Source of the DNA: Eledone cirrhosa
Lineage: Eukaryota
NCBI GenBank assembly: GCA_964016885.1
Contig: CAXHJY010001071.1
Location: 17,572-81,571 of the forward strand
Length of the DNA: 64,000 bases
Reading direction: 5' to 3'
Positions 44,546-63,520 of the stretch are shown here, in pieces. Numbering within the stretch: position 1 is the stretch's first letter; every line of letters starts with the position of its first letter. The position numbers and the translations under genes were made by a program. The notes below the pieces were generated by a model that saw nothing but the letters and a program-made list of their open reading frames with translations, had not been told where the DNA came from and made no database searches.

Positions 44546-45660
44546 CCCTGAAATATGCAGATGACATCAAGCTGTACCTTGAAATCAAAAGGAGTGATCC
44601 TGAAATGTACAACTCTTTCCTACAATCAGACCTGGAGAAAATGCAGCAATGGATCACAGATTGGCAACTGAAGCTGGCTGTGGACAAGTGTACCACCATG
44701 CATTTTGGAAGGAAAAATCCAGCGTCCACATACTCCCTCCACAACACTGATATCAAGAAGTCCCCTTGTGAACGTGACCTGGGCATTACTGTAAGCAGCG
44801 ATTTGCGTTGGACAAAGCTTGTCTCTAAGATTGTCAAGAAGGCCGAGGGTGTCTTGGCATCACTCAGCAAGACCTTTGTTAGCCGCTCTCCAGCCATCTA
44901 TTTAAAACTGTATACAGCTATGGTACGACCACACTTGGAATTCGCATCATCAGTCTGGAACCCCTAACTTGCTTAGAACATTGACCTCCTGGAAACTGTT
45001 CAGAGACGTGCAACCAAGCGCATACCCTCCATCAGACACCTACCATACTCTGAACGCCTTGCTTTCCTGGGCATGGATTAATTGAATCTCCGACGTCTGG
45101 CAATGGACTTGGTGAATACCCACAAAGTTATTAACCATCTCGCCAATTTCAACCCTGATCACCTTTTTGATCTCCATGTGTCTAACACACGTGGACATGC
45201 CTACAAAATCAGAAAACAGCACGGCTCCCATGACTTTCGTAGACATTTTTTTCACGCTCAGAGTTGCTGAAGCATGGAACAAACTGCCTGCGTCAGTTGT
45301 TAGCTGCCGAGACACTGCATCCTTTAAGACACTCATGCTTCCCGAAATACGCCAAAACTACACCTGATGTACGCATTCCATACACATGCACACATGTGTG
45401 TATCATGACTCCTGCACTGTTCATTTTACTGATGTTTGTGCATTGCTATATGTACTGCATATGCACCTTTTGATGAGTTGGGGTGCACCTGGGCACTGTA
45501 CACAATATTTCATTATTATAATTATTATTATTATTATATCATGACTCATACAAAGTTCATTTTCCTGACATTTGTACATTATTCTACGTACTATACATGC
45601 ACCTTTGATGAGTTGTAGTGCACCTGAGCACTGTACACAATAATTTCTTTATTATTATAT
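44546..45660 (+). mobile_element. 5'-truncated CR1-group LINE (RT C-terminus + 3' UTR)
   Basis: KYADDIKL at 44551, ERDLGI, LYTAMVRPHLEFASSVWNP, VQRRATK, TRGH, RV..WNKLP. Several stops and one frameshift. The 3' UTR has a duplicated segment with (ATT)n ends. Confidence 0.9.
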
Positions 45661-45813
45661 TATATATATACACGTACACATATATATATATGTACGTATG
45701 GATTCACCGAACATTTATTATAATGCTCTGTGGGTTTGTAAACAAACATCCCGAATTAAGCCGTACAGTGTCTGGCAACCATCGTTGCTCATTTGTTCAA
45801 CCCTGACAAAGGA

Positions 45814-45856
45814 ACGCTGTACTAGTTTCAAGCTTATTAGCTATCGTCAGCGACGT
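45814..45856 (-). ncRNA. Inverted copy of the 47995 hammerhead
   Basis: Reverse complement with one stem I mismatch, inside module 45670-45885 that matches 47965-48180. Confidence 0.78.
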
Positions 45857-46045
45857 ATACCTTCCTGCCAGATGATTGAACGTCACTTTCTAATATATAT
45901 ATATATGTATTAGAAAGTGAGGTATTTTTACAAAATGAAAAATAACCGAGGTGTCCTACACGAGTGAAAGTATAAAGAAAAAAAGATGAAATCGAAAATG
46001 CAACTGGAGTCTTATTTGAAAACAAATATATGTATTTATTTGGTT

Positions 46046-46083
46046 CCTTTACCGGTTTCGCAGTTCTTCTGCTTTTCAAAAGT
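46046..46083 (-). ncRNA. Minimal hammerhead with U3-A8 core variant
   Basis: Minus strand: ctt-TTGAAAA-gcag aagaa ctgc-GAAAC cg GTA-aag. Related copies at 35020-35060 and 35112-35149. Confidence 0.6.
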
Positions 46084-46164
46084 TGAGTTGAGATGGAGGG
46101 TCTGTGGTTTTTCTCACATTTTCTCTCTCTCTCACTCTATCTCTCTCTGTATATATATATATAT

Positions 46165-46199
<35 letters not shown>

Positions 46200-46444
46200 T
46201 TATTTTAGGAGGTTCTTGCGTCTTCCACACACAGAGACACACATGTAAGCGTATATATGGCATGGTTCCCTAACTCCCGACAGAGTCGTAAGGGTACCGT
46301 AGTGGCATACGGTGTTTATTGGGCATTTAAAACCTGGCCGAGCCCATCTTCTCTTCATGCCTAAGTAGAGCAGAGTTCTTCCAAAGAGAAATAGAAAGTG
46401 AGAGTGACGAAATGAGAACGAGATATAGAAGGAGAAGCGACCAC

Positions 46445-50110
<3,666 letters not shown>

Positions 50111-50302
50111 TTGCACTGGGTAATTGCTGGCCTTGTATCAAAAGTAGAAACAATTTTATTATATACATATACATTTGTAGATATGTGGCGAGTATCATAT
50201 TTTTATATTATTCAAATAGCGAGGTATAGGTAACCCATACACTATAGAATCAATTGTTACCTAATAAATTCTTTATACCCGCATTTCCGTTTCATAAACT
50301 TC

Positions 50303-50367
<65 letters not shown>

Positions 50368-51399
50368 ATGAAGGATATGTGGTAAGGAACCAGATAGACC
50401 ATAACGCACCAAAGTACTCAATACTTAGGGTAGTAGAGAGGGTAATTTGAACAAGTATGACCCCGACGGCAGACCGCAATCCTTTTCGACGGCTAATTCT
50501 GGACTGGATTAGCCGTCGAAACGGCTTGAGCTCTGCCGTCAGGGTCATACTTGTTCCTATATATACATATATATAGCTGTCGAAACGGCCGGAGCTCAGC
50601 CGTGGGGGTTGACGCATTTCCTATATATATATATATATATCATAATACAGGAAGGACCACATTTGTTTTGTCATTGTGGGCTACATCGGGCAAATATATT
50701 CAAGCGAAATCTTAGGTCACTTTAATCGGGTATATATATCTCTTATAAATCTGTGAACTTGTACTGTAGAAATAAATCAATGTTTTTTTTTGTGTGTAGC
50801 GAAGCCCTTGTCGTATTTAAGTAATATTTAGCCTGAAACAATGCGAAGTTTGAAATGACAAAGTAGAAATGTTTTCTCCCAATAGCGATAACGATGTAAT
50901 GATATATATAGGTTAGGCAACATTACACATCAATACACACACACATACACACACATACACACACATATACATACATATGTCTGCCTGTGTTTATAAGTAT
51001 GAGTACTTATATATATATGAGTATTGATGTATATATCTATATATATATACATATATAAATATATATATATATATATATAGTCAGGAAACGTTATGCAATA
51101 TGTGGGTGAAGATAAATATATATATATTTATATATATTTATATATATTCACGATATTTCCATAATACTTTCATTAAAAAGAGCGAGGAAGTTTCGTTTAC
51201 ATATATAAAAAGTTTATTGTGTATCGCACTTTAACGCGCGTTTCGCAGAGAAATCACCTACACACACACACGCACACACTTACATACACACGCATATACA
51301 CACACACACAGATATATATAGTTCCAGTTCTACAAATATCTATACGATGTAGCTTCATACAGCTATATTGAAGTGTCTCACATATTCTATATTCATTAA

Positions 51400-52032
51400 T
51401 TGTTTCTACTTTATGCACAAGGCCAGCAATTACCCAGTGCATTACTGGTACTTTATTTTATCGACCCCGTAAGGATGAAAGGCAAAGTCAACCTCGGCGG
51501 GATTTGAACTCAGATGGTAAAGGGACGTAACTATGCTGGAAAGCATGGCGTCCGACCCTCTATTAATTAATGGTTTCATATATAGGCCAGCAATTTTTTT
51601 TTTGGGGGGGGGGGGGCGGGGGATAGTCGATTAAATCGACCCAGGACGTGATTGGTAGTTTATTTTATCGACCCCGTAAGAAGGAAATGCAAAGTTAACC
51701 TCGGCGGGATTTGACCTCAGACCATAAAGGGGCATAACTCTATGCTGCAAAGCATGGCGTCCGACCTTCTAACGATACTGCCAATCCTATACTCTATATT
51801 AATTAATGATTTCTAGTATAGGCACAAGGCGAGTAATTTTTTTTTTTTTTGGGGGGGGGGAGTCGATTAATTCGACCCCAGTACTTTATTGGTACTTTAT
51901 TTTATCGACCTCGTAAGGATGAAAGGCAAAGTTAACCTCGGCGGGATATGATCTTAGACTGTAAAGGACCGTAACTCTATGCTGTAAATCATGGTGTCCG
52001 ACCCTCTACCGATATTACCAATCCACCGCCCT
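51400..52032 (-). mobile_element. Three head-to-tail SINE family 1 copies
   Basis: Three successive consensus matches separated by recurring ctctatattaattaatg. Confidence 0.85.
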
Positions 52033-53304
52033 ATATACTCTATATTAATTAATGAAATATTATATATCCTCTAAACTTCTTTTATGTTTTCCCATTGGAA
52101 ACATCACCCTCAGATGTTTTCCAATAAGTTGTTGCTGGTATTTTTAGAGAAGAATATCTCATGAAACTACTGCAGCACCTCAGCGGAACAGAGCTTATTA
52201 AAATTAATTGTATATCCATAAGTCTTTATATTTGCTGCAACTGATTAAGAATGTTACATGATTGGATTATTATCTGATATCTATCTTTCTTTTTTTAGTT
52301 TACTTAGTTTACTTTTATCTCCCTCGTTCTATCTTTCCCATCTCACTCACACCCACTCTCTCGTTCCCTCTATTTCTCTCCCTCTCATTTCCCTTTTTAT
52401 CTCCCCTTCTTTTTCTCCTCTTTCCCTTCCTCTCTTTCTCACCCTCTCTCTCTCTTTTTCTCTCCCCTCTTTCTCTCCGTCTCTTTCTCTCCCTTTCTTT
52501 CTCTCCAACGTCTTCTATCCCTATCTTTCCCTACCTATCATTCTCTCCCTCTTTATATCTCTATTTCTGTTTCCAACTCTCTCCTTTGAAGGTTTATCAC
52601 ATAACATTGATTTTTTTTTACTTCAAATTAACAATGAAGGAAAGACAAAACTATTCAGATAATATGTAATTCTATTCTGTTTTATCTAATAATTAATTAG
52701 TATTTCATGATAGATTTCAAAACCGAAAGTAAACTGAATCTATCCAAAGCTTGTTTCCTTCATCTAGTTCCTAAATTTAGTTATAACACCAATATATATA
52801 TTATCTCTATGCAAATTTAATATTACAGAAATTAATCAAATTTCTACCGAAGACTTCATTCTATACTGGTTTGATATAGATGAAATGCAAAACACACATA
52901 CAAACAAAAATAAAACAAATATCAACGAAAACAAACAAGAAATGAAACAGAAAATAATTAGTTATGAAATATGAAATACAATCTTGTAGGAATTTGTTTC
53001 TTTTCTGTCAAAACAAACAAGTTTTCATTTAAAGTAAACTTTCATTATACAAGACATTGAAGGTTTACGTTCAACGTTTGAATATTATTAATTTTCTGTT
53101 AGTGAAAAGTTATTTAAGATTAAGATTAAATTAATTACGTTCTGTTATTAGCAGCTATAATCTCTTTTTCTGGATCTATCTCCCATTTTCTCTCTTGCCC
53201 GCTACACATTACACCCATATATATATATATATATATATATAAATCTCTACTTTGTTCTACCACTCTATCCCTTTCCATCTCTTTATCCCTACACATACCA
53301 CCCT

Positions 53305-53529
<225 letters not shown>

Positions 53530-53548
53530 GATAGATATATACATATAT

Positions 53549-53588
<40 letters not shown>

Positions 53589-53868
53589 TGGATGCCAACT
53601 CGTTTTCGAGTATGGCCATTGCACGAGGAGAAAAAAAAATATATAATAGATAAATAAAAAAATAAAAAAAATAAATATATATATATATATATACACATAT
53701 ACATATACATATATACACACATATATATACACACACACATATACATTAATAACAATAATAATAATAATAATAACAACAATAATAATATACATATACATAT
53801 ATATATACACACACACGCGCACACGTAAACACATCTACACACACACACACACACAGACACGATAACAA

Positions 53869-54495
53869 CTAACAGCGCTGGGATCGAATGTGGCTTTTTA
53901 GCGCAGCCAATGATCTAAAATGTCTTGCACAGAGTCGGCAACCAAAACATTCACTGGGAATAGCCGTCTGTGGTTGGAGTTCATGTACTTTTGCATGTCG
54001 CTTGCGCCCTCCTGCTGATTTACATTCTCTACCACATGTTTGGCAAGCATGATGAGTAGCATCTCCAACAACAGCCTGGTAGTCACCCACTGGTCTTACT
54101 TTATGACTGCGAAGATGATTTCGAGTCCAGCTTTGCTTAGGCAGAGTCTCGCACAGACGCTGCATGTCAACACCATAGGAGGAGCCTCGCCGTCTGGAAG
54201 TGCAACAGCAATGCCCATCCTCACATCCCGCTTTGCTTTCTCGTATGCGATTGGAGATGCCTCAAAGGCAACGTTTCCCTCATATACAGTCTTTCTCCAT
54301 TTATTACGATCGGCAGCAATAGTTTCTCATGTATCAGCAGAGATGTTAGCGTCTTTCAAAGAGGCTTTCACGGAATCCTTATACCTCTTTTTTGGTTTAT
54401 GTGGCGGTCGTTTTCCTTTAACCAACTCTCCATAAAAAGAGTTGTTTTGGTATTCTAGAATCCTTCATCCTGGCAAGGTGACCACTCCAACGGAG
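53869..54495 (-). mobile_element. 3' fragment of RTE-clade LINE with C-terminal C2H2-like zinc fingers
   Basis: [36 protein letters not shown], followed by three CxxC...H..H motifs across frameshifts. Confidence 0.8.
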
Positions 54496-54683
54496 TATGT
54501 ATACATACATGTATACATACATATATACATACATATATATATACATACATATATATATACATACATACATATACACATACATATATATATAGATATACAA
54601 ATATATATATATAGATATATATATATACATATATATATACATATATATATACATATATATATACATATATATATATATATACA

Positions 54684-54724
<41 letters not shown>

Positions 54725-54770
54725 ACATATGTATGTATATATATATATATACATACACATATATACATAC

Positions 54771-54802
<32 letters not shown>

Positions 54803-55368
54803 GTATATGTATATATACATACATATATATATATGTCTTATTAGCAAACCACTTTCCACTGATTGACCTCGATGTCACGTGTTCGATTCTTTTTCAATTT
54901 GCCACAGACGTAGAGGCAGGGATTTTCTCATTGGCTTGGAATTCAGTCCACGCTTTGCTATTTCCTATCCACTTAATTATTTTAATAAGATTCCAGTGTC
55001 CTCGCTTTGCCTGGAAACTTACATGAGAGTAGACTTTCCTGACGACGGAATGCTTCTCCATATTATTCTTCGGAAAATATATTTACTCCATTCCAGAAAC
55101 TAATTAGTTGGAAGTGATATTTGAGTAAGTAAGTTAATTTTATAATTTTCTTATTTTAGGTCTCTTATATTATTGTTCTGCAACCCCTTACAATGAACCA
55201 CACTGTTATTAAGACAAAACCTATATATTTGCTAGCATTGATATGCATCTGTATGTATATATATGTTACTAGATATGAATTCTTTATTATATATATATAT
55301 ATGTATATATACATATACATACATATATGTATATATATGTATATATACATATATATACATACATATAA

Positions 55369-55424
<56 letters not shown>

Positions 55425-55563
55425 ATACATATATATATATATATGTCAATCTCAAATGCGTTCTAGTTCTCTCTCCCTCTCTTTCTCCATACACATATAC
55501 CCATAATAAATATATATTTCTATAAGTCTATCAATCTATATATCTGTTTCTCTCTCGCTCTCA

Positions 55564-55626
<63 letters not shown>

Positions 55627-55665
55627 ATAATCTGTTATTTTAATATATATATATATATATATATG

Positions 55666-55701
<36 letters not shown>

Positions 55702-55954
55702 TGCGCGCGTGTCTGTTGTCTGTGCATAGTTAATGAAGGCCTATGATATTCTGGCTACTGTGTTGAGCTTTCCATTGTTATTTCATAGGTCTTATTCTGG
55801 GAATTGATGGCACATAGCATTCTTGAGAAATACATTATATTTCACGGTGATTCTCTCCATGTTTTCATCATTTTGATAGCGATTTGAAGGAGTTAACAGA
55901 CCGTTAGACGAGTCATAGCTAGTTCGAAAGTATTTGCTTAGATATAATTCACCG

Positions 55955-56548
55955 ATTTAGGCACAAGGCCAACCATTTTGGGGGAGGGAAACGCTGATTA
56001 AATCGAAACCAGTGCATTACTTCATTTTACCAACCTAGTAAAGATGAAAGTCAAAGCTAACATTGCAGGATGTGAACGCAGATCATAAAGGGCCATAACT
56101 CTATGCCATAAAGCATGATGTCTGACGCACCACCGATTCTGCCAATCCACCGCCCAATATATTGTTTAAATATTGATATATCATTAAACATTTAACTATT
56201 ACCAACACACAAAAGAGATGTGTACGTTAGCAATTGCAGTCAAATCTTTTTAATATCACAATTTGGATGCAGCTCCGTGATACAAGGTTCGGCTGAAAAT
56301 TTCATATGCTGACAATCAAGGAGTGATGCTAGTGCTGTCAAATCTTGCATGCATTAACTTTATCTCATTATTTATCGGTGGATTGGCAGTATCGGTAGAA
56401 GGTCGGAAGCCATGCTTTCCAGCATAGTTACGTCCCTTTACGATCTGAGTTTGACTTTGCCTTTCATCCTTACGAGGTCGATAAAATAAAGTACCAGTAA
56501 TGCACTGGTTAATTGCTGGCCGTGTGCCTAAAGTAGAAACAATTATTT
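55955..56548. mobile_element. Two SINE family 1 copies in opposite orientation (55955-56155 -, 56375-56548 +)
   Basis: Consensus matches. The second copy is flanked by attatttat. Confidence 0.78.
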
Positions 56549-57865
56549 ATTTCCAGAGCCTATGTTGAAAAATAAACCTCATTTGGTCATTTCATTAGAA
56601 TATATTGGTCAACCTGTGAATCTTTCAGCTTATGAGCTCTTCATCCGATCTTCATAATCTTAGAGAAATCTATGATATCCAGAAGGAATTAGGAAATTAG
56701 ATTTCCTGTCAGACTTCGTGACGAATTACCAAATTTTCTGAATGAATTGACAAAAGCTGCACAGATTACACTTTGAGGATTTGTACTTATTTCCCTTTTA
56801 CTCAAATTAATGCCACCACCTAGTCCTTGTTTACCATTTCATTCCATGTTCATCATAACTGACACAGTATTTCAATACATTGTTATAATTATTGGACCAA
56901 TAATGAGCCATGGTTTATCTTTCCTATGCCATGCCTGTTTTTATTATCATGTCCTGGTCATGCGTGCTGCCCTTTCGTGTCTGATTAATGAAACTTAATA
57001 AACATATCAACACCACATCAAAATCCAAACACCCCACAACATGTTTACTAACACGCCTTATTTATTTACCCAGCCGTTCCAATTTTTATCATCAAATTAT
57101 TACATTAGAAGATATTCTCTCTCCTTCTCTCTATCTCTCAAGTTTACCATAATGAAACTTCCCTTCGGAATATCCCTGATAGAGCAGGTGTTCTTTTGAA
57201 ATAACAAATGAACAAGTCTCGTGTTTACTGATAAGTGATATATGGTTCTGTAAGATTTCTTCCTTTTTTTATTCTTTCTTTCCTTGAAAATTTACGTCGA
57301 TGAAATTAATGAGAAAATGGGGAGAAATTATGTCTTAATTTTTCCAATACCCATATGAATTATTGTATCGTGATAAATCCTTCAGTTTCGTGGAAGTTTC
57401 GCAGAAATCTCTTTTTATTTATCATTTTACCAATACTTTGGTAAATATTATGTAATTAAGATTCACACGCAAGTGTGCTGGGTTTACATAATGAAATCTT
57501 GGTGGATTTATCTTAATGAAACGGAACCCAGTAAGAAGTGTATATTTTATAGGATTTCATATCACGTCAGTTAATCGATCTTCACGGAATTGTTTTGTAG
57601 AGAAATCCACCGATACGTAACATATGCGTTGCTTTGGAAATGAAAGAATATGTATTTAATTTAAACAGTGATCAGTTGATTCAACTATTCAAAATCTACT
57701 CCCACGTAAGATTTTCACTGTAGAAGATAAACGAGCATAGATGAACATTCTAAGCTGTTGCATTAATTGCTACAAATATCATCTATAGAGTCCTATTATC
57801 CCACATACTGTTTTAAGAAAAGGGAGTCATATCAGACCATACTTGGTATATATATATATACATAA

Positions 57866-57993
<128 letters not shown>

Positions 57994-58583
57994 GTATATA
58001 TGTGTGCGTGTGCGTTTGTGTGTGTGGGCATTTATATTCACAATTCACAAAAAGTGAAAGAGAGTTAGCGTAGCAGCTGCATTAAAGGAATGTGAATTCA
58101 GAAAAAGCCTAGGACTGTCAAGATATGAAACACCACGCCTTTCCTTCTGCCGTGGAACCTATCAGTCTTGTAAATATAACTCTATTGTGGTGTATCGAAT
58201 ACCAAACACTCGGTAAATAACGTTATATTATATTTGCGGTGAAACATGACACTTGCAACTAAATATTTAATAAAACATGATTGACAGATGCAGCTAAGCT
58301 TTCATAAAAACAAGACACATCATACTGAAATATAACGCATCTTACAACAAACGTATAAAAGAACCAATCAAATTATGAAATGCATATGTAAACCTAACAA
58401 AACGGGTGAGTAGATGAAAAATAGAAATCATATATTCATATATACAGTATATATATATATATGTATATATATAAATGTATATATATATATGTATGTATGT
58501 ATATATATATGTCAATACCTAATAAATTCCTTTTTTAAAAAAAGCACTTTCATTTTATATTCCTCCTTTCTACATTTTCTCCG

Positions 58584-58626
<43 letters not shown>

Positions 58627-58740
58627 TATATATGTATATATGTAAATGTTTGTATATATATATACAGTATATATATATATATACACATGTATATGGATAT
58701 ATATATATACATATATATATATACACATATATATATATAA

Positions 58741-58789
<49 letters not shown>

Positions 58790-58873
58790 TATATACACAT
58801 ATATATATACACATATATAGGTATATATATAAATGTATGTATATATATATATATATATATATAGATGTATATA

Positions 58874-58911
<38 letters not shown>

Positions 58912-59202
58912 CATATGTATGTATATATATTTATAACTGTATACATATTATATATATATATACATATATATACATTTTATATGAGATCGTGTGTCGAAAC
59001 AAATATTGTTATACTTGGGGAGGGTCATATTTGTGTAATATTGCCAGAATTATTAACAGAACACACTCACTGTTTGGTTGGTTTTCGCTTCTCGCTTCTG
59101 TGTCTTTTATATCGGTATTCTAATATACTCGGTCCTCAATGTTGCCATTGACTGACCGGCGGTCAAAAATAATACAGATACAATATAGACACAAACACAT
59201 AT

Positions 59203-59260
59203 ATATAGTTTATCATAAATCTTTCGTTGCACATCTGCAACATCGTCAGTGGTGCTATAT
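59203..59260 (-). ncRNA. Hammerhead in Naiad-like pLTR (other copies 33705-33760 + and 61041-61098 +)
   Basis: atatag cacca-CTGACGA-t-gttgca gatg tgcaac-GAAA gat TTA-tgata aa ctatat. The 61052 copy has TTGACGA. Confidence 0.65.
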
Positions 59261-59499
59261 TTTCCCCCCGCTGCATTGTATGTCTACGCCATTTTATTCA
59301 GTCTGTCTATATATTTATTTATTTATTTGCTTGTTTGTTTATTTTATTTTGTCTTCTTTGCGCATGCGTTTTCGTGTGTGTATAGAGTTTTGTTTGCTGT
59401 GTGATGGGTATCTAGTGTGTGTTTATGTGCTTGTTGTTATTGTGCTTGTGTATGTATTTATTTACTTATTTATACTTCTCTTAGGTCAGTGTTCTTTGT

Positions 59500-60813
59500 T
59501 TGGGAGAAGATCTACGAGAAGATCTACACCCAAAATGAGGGAGCAGCCATCGGCGTTAGCATAGCTGGTGATGTTGCCAACCTTTTCATGGTATGGTGGG
59601 AAAGGAGACTTAAAGATCTACTTAATGAGAGCTATATAGACCTCATCATGTACTCTCGTTATGTAGACGATATCAATATAGTTATAAGAACACCCCCACT
59701 AGAGAGCACTAACAAGTTTGATTTAGAACGTAGCACGATGGAAAGCATCCAGCAGATAGCTAATTCCATACACCAGAGTATAACTGTAACTACCGACTTC
59801 CCTTCCAAACACCCTAAGAATAGACTACCTGTATTAGACACAGAACTCTGGATTAACACTATAGACGAGAGAGCCCAAATTCTCCACTCACACTATGCTA
59901 AACCCATGGCCTCCAAATACCTGATACTCAAAAACTCAGCAATGTCCAGTAGTGCTAAGTTTAATATTCTGATCGCAGATTTGGTACGAGTGATGAAGAA
60001 TGTGTCCCGCATGTGCGACCCAACAGAAATGGAAAGACACATCCAACACTTCATCAACCGTATGCAGTTCTCTGGCTACAACCAAAGAGACAGAATCACA
60101 GTATACGAAGGAGCCATAGAGAAGTATAAGACCCTCATAGAACTGGACATGAAAGGAATTTGCCCATTATACAGGAGCTAATCATGGAATAGCTTAGATA
60201 GGGCTAGACATAAGATAGGGAAAGCCACCTCATGGTACGACTACCAGAGATACCAGAGTGTCATGTTTGTGGACGCTACCCCTGGAGGGAAATTAGCTAA
60301 CCAGTGTAGAAAGGCCCTGAGAAAGACCCACTTAAAAATAAAGGTGGTAGAAAAGCCAGGAACCACCATAAAATCCCTGATCAGCAAAACCTACCGATTT
60401 AAGAAAAACACTGTACTAATAGGAACTGTATCATATGTAAGGTGAACCTCCGGATAAACTGTAAAACTAGAAACGTAGTCTATAGCATAAGATGTACAGA
60501 GGGTACTTGCAGAAACATGACAACAACATACATGGGTAAGACAGCTCGTAGCATAGGTGAAAGGATAGACCAACACTGGGGGGAACTAAAAGGACGAAAA
60601 AACGGGTCAGTACTATACGAACATGCTAGACAACAACATGACGGTAACCTAGACAACATAGAAATTAGAATAATATCTAAACATAGGAATGACCCAGCAG
60701 ATAGGCAAATCAGAGCGGCCAGTGAAATAGAAATTAGAAGACCAAGGCTAAACAGAAATAATGAATGGAATAACAACAACACCCAAACAAACAACCCTGA
60801 GAAGTATAAATAA
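59500..60813 (+). pseudogene. RT C-terminal half + GIY-YIG of Naiad-like PLE (stop at ~60180, frameshift ~60405)
   Basis: ORF-track pieces 59417-60181, 60263-60445 and 60442-60813. The paralog at 32626-33465 has AAA where this copy has TAA. Confidence 0.85.
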
Positions 60814-61289
60814 GTAAATAAAATAAAATAAATAAATAAATAAATACATCCACAAGCACAATAACAACAAGCACATAAACACACACTAGTCACCCATCAT
60901 ACAGCAAACAAAACACTATACACACACGCAAAAGCATGCGCAAAGAAGACAAAATAAAATAAACAAAAAAGCAAATAAATAAATAAATATATAGACAGAC
61001 TGAATAAAATGGCATAGGCATACAATGCAGCGGGAGGAAAATATAGCACCATTGACGATGTTGCAGATGTGCAACGAAAGATTTATGATAAACTATATAT
61101 ATGTGTTTGTGTCTATATTGTATCTGTATTATTTTTGACCGCCGGTCAGTCAATGGCAACATTGAGGACCGAGTAAGTTAGATTACCGATATAAAAGACA
61201 GCGAGAAGCGAAAACCAACCAAAACAGTGAGTGTGTTCTGTTATTAATTCTGGCAATATTACACAAATATGACCCTCCCCAAGTATATA

Positions 61290-61577
61290 CAGAGAGAACA
61301 GACAACCAACTAGTGCCAAATAAATAAATAAATAAATAAATACAGAAGCATGTAACGCATGCGCAAACTAAGTACAGAACACACAGCACACAAAAACAAG
61401 ATTATGTAGGACAGAAAAAAAGACGTCAAAGAATGTGTGACGAAAGAGCTTTGACAATATATAAAGAACCTTCCGGTTCTCGGACCAACCAGCCGGAATT
61501 TCATAATGTACTGAAGAGCAAACACACAGGTGCGTGTATTTTTATTGGCAACGTGACCCACCCAAAGTATAACAACA
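61290..61577 (+). mobile_element. pLTR fragment of a sister Naiad-like subfamily
   Basis: Similar to the reverse complement of 21800-22170 (gaatgtgtgacgaaagagctttgacaatat; ttattggcaacgtgaccc..caaagtataac). Confidence 0.7.
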
Positions 61578-62607
61578 TATATACATGAAGAAGTAGCCTC
61601 CAAATCGTCAAGACTCTCTTCCTAGCAAGCATATCAAGTGTTAAACTAATATATTTCCTCATTTTACTGTGTCTTTTACTTCGTCTTTTCTCTTGAGTGC
61701 GTGCATGTATATGTGTGTAACTAAATCGTGTGTATGTGTTTGTGTGTATGCACCCATGTGCATACACACAAACACATACACACGATTTAGTTACACACAT
61801 ATACATGCACGCACTCACACACATATACAAATAATATGATTCTGAGGCAGCTGTGATTACTATTCTTATATCCGCACATTAATGTTCAGGTTATGTCTTA
61901 TGATTAATAGCACATTTTGAAATATTATAGGCTCGCAGTTCCGCGAGCGCACGCCATTTTCCGTTTACACTTTAACCCACATCAATTCACTTTTATTCAA
62001 CTGTGATTAATTCACGTGGAAATAGTCATGATTGCTGTGAAAATAAATACATTCTATTCCATGTTAATCCCGGAAAATATAGGCCATTTCTAGCTATTCA
62101 AATGAAATATAATGAATCTCCTTGTTTCCATATCTCAATGGAAATAACGTACAATAGAACATATAAAGAGAAAACACACAACTTATATAGAAAATAAAAC
62201 AACAAACTCTACTATTAATTAGAGCTTGTCTTCTATTTTGAATCACGACTTGACATCGGAAAAGTAGTTGTGTTTGAGAAATGCATATTGTTTTTGGTGG
62301 AAATCTCTTTTACTTTGTGCATTCCTTTGATACAAGTGTCCGTAACCAAAGAAGATTCATTAGAAGTAAACAATTGGCGGCCATTTTGCAATTTTGCAAT
62401 TTTGTTGGCTTATTTTCCTAATCTCACCCTATTCTCCTATTCATTACTCGAATCAATAGAGAGATAGGTGCAAGTAATAGTGATAACGTTTTCACACCGA
62501 CAATATACATGCATAAACATACAAACGTATATATATATATATATTTATATATATACATATACACATATATATATGTATATATAGATACACATAAATATGC
62601 ATATATG

Positions 62608-62638
<31 letters not shown>

Positions 62639-62644
62639 GCATAC

Positions 62645-62703
<59 letters not shown>

Positions 62704-62747
62704 TACATATATATATATATATGCATACATATATATATATATATATG

Positions 62748-62815
<68 letters not shown>

Positions 62816-62938
62816 CATACATATATATATATGCATACATATATATATATATGCATTCATATATATATATATATATATATATGCATACATATATGTATAT
62901 ATATGCATACACATATATATGTATAGAAATACACACAC

Positions 62939-62971
<33 letters not shown>

Positions 62972-63017
62972 CATTATATATGCATACATATGCATACATA
63001 TATATATATATGCATAC

Positions 63018-63059
<42 letters not shown>

Positions 63060-63141
63060 CGATATAATGGCAGGAACCAAACGCGTTCAATTACAATAAG
63101 AACACAATAGCTATGAGTACGATTACATCTAGTTATAAGTA

Positions 63142-63520
<379 letters not shown>

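Larger units (their letters stand above)
58975..61290 (+). mobile_element. 5'-truncated Penelope-like element (Naiad-like) with inverted 5' pLTR
   Basis: RT (QNEGAAIGVSIAGDVANLFM, YSRYVDDI, LPVLDTELW, HYAKPM) at 59500-60181, then MFVDATP, VVEKPG, and GIY-YIG (NVVYSIRC, YMGKTARS, LNRNNEWN) to 60813. 58975-59485 is the reverse complement of the 3' UTR/pLTR at 60800-61290. Confidence 0.88.

Noticed and set aside
59500-60813. Possible selenocysteine recoding, reported for some Naiad PLEs
   Set aside because: The Cys codons I checked are TGT/TGC. The internal stop is TAA, where the paralog has AAA. No in-frame TGA was seen in this part.
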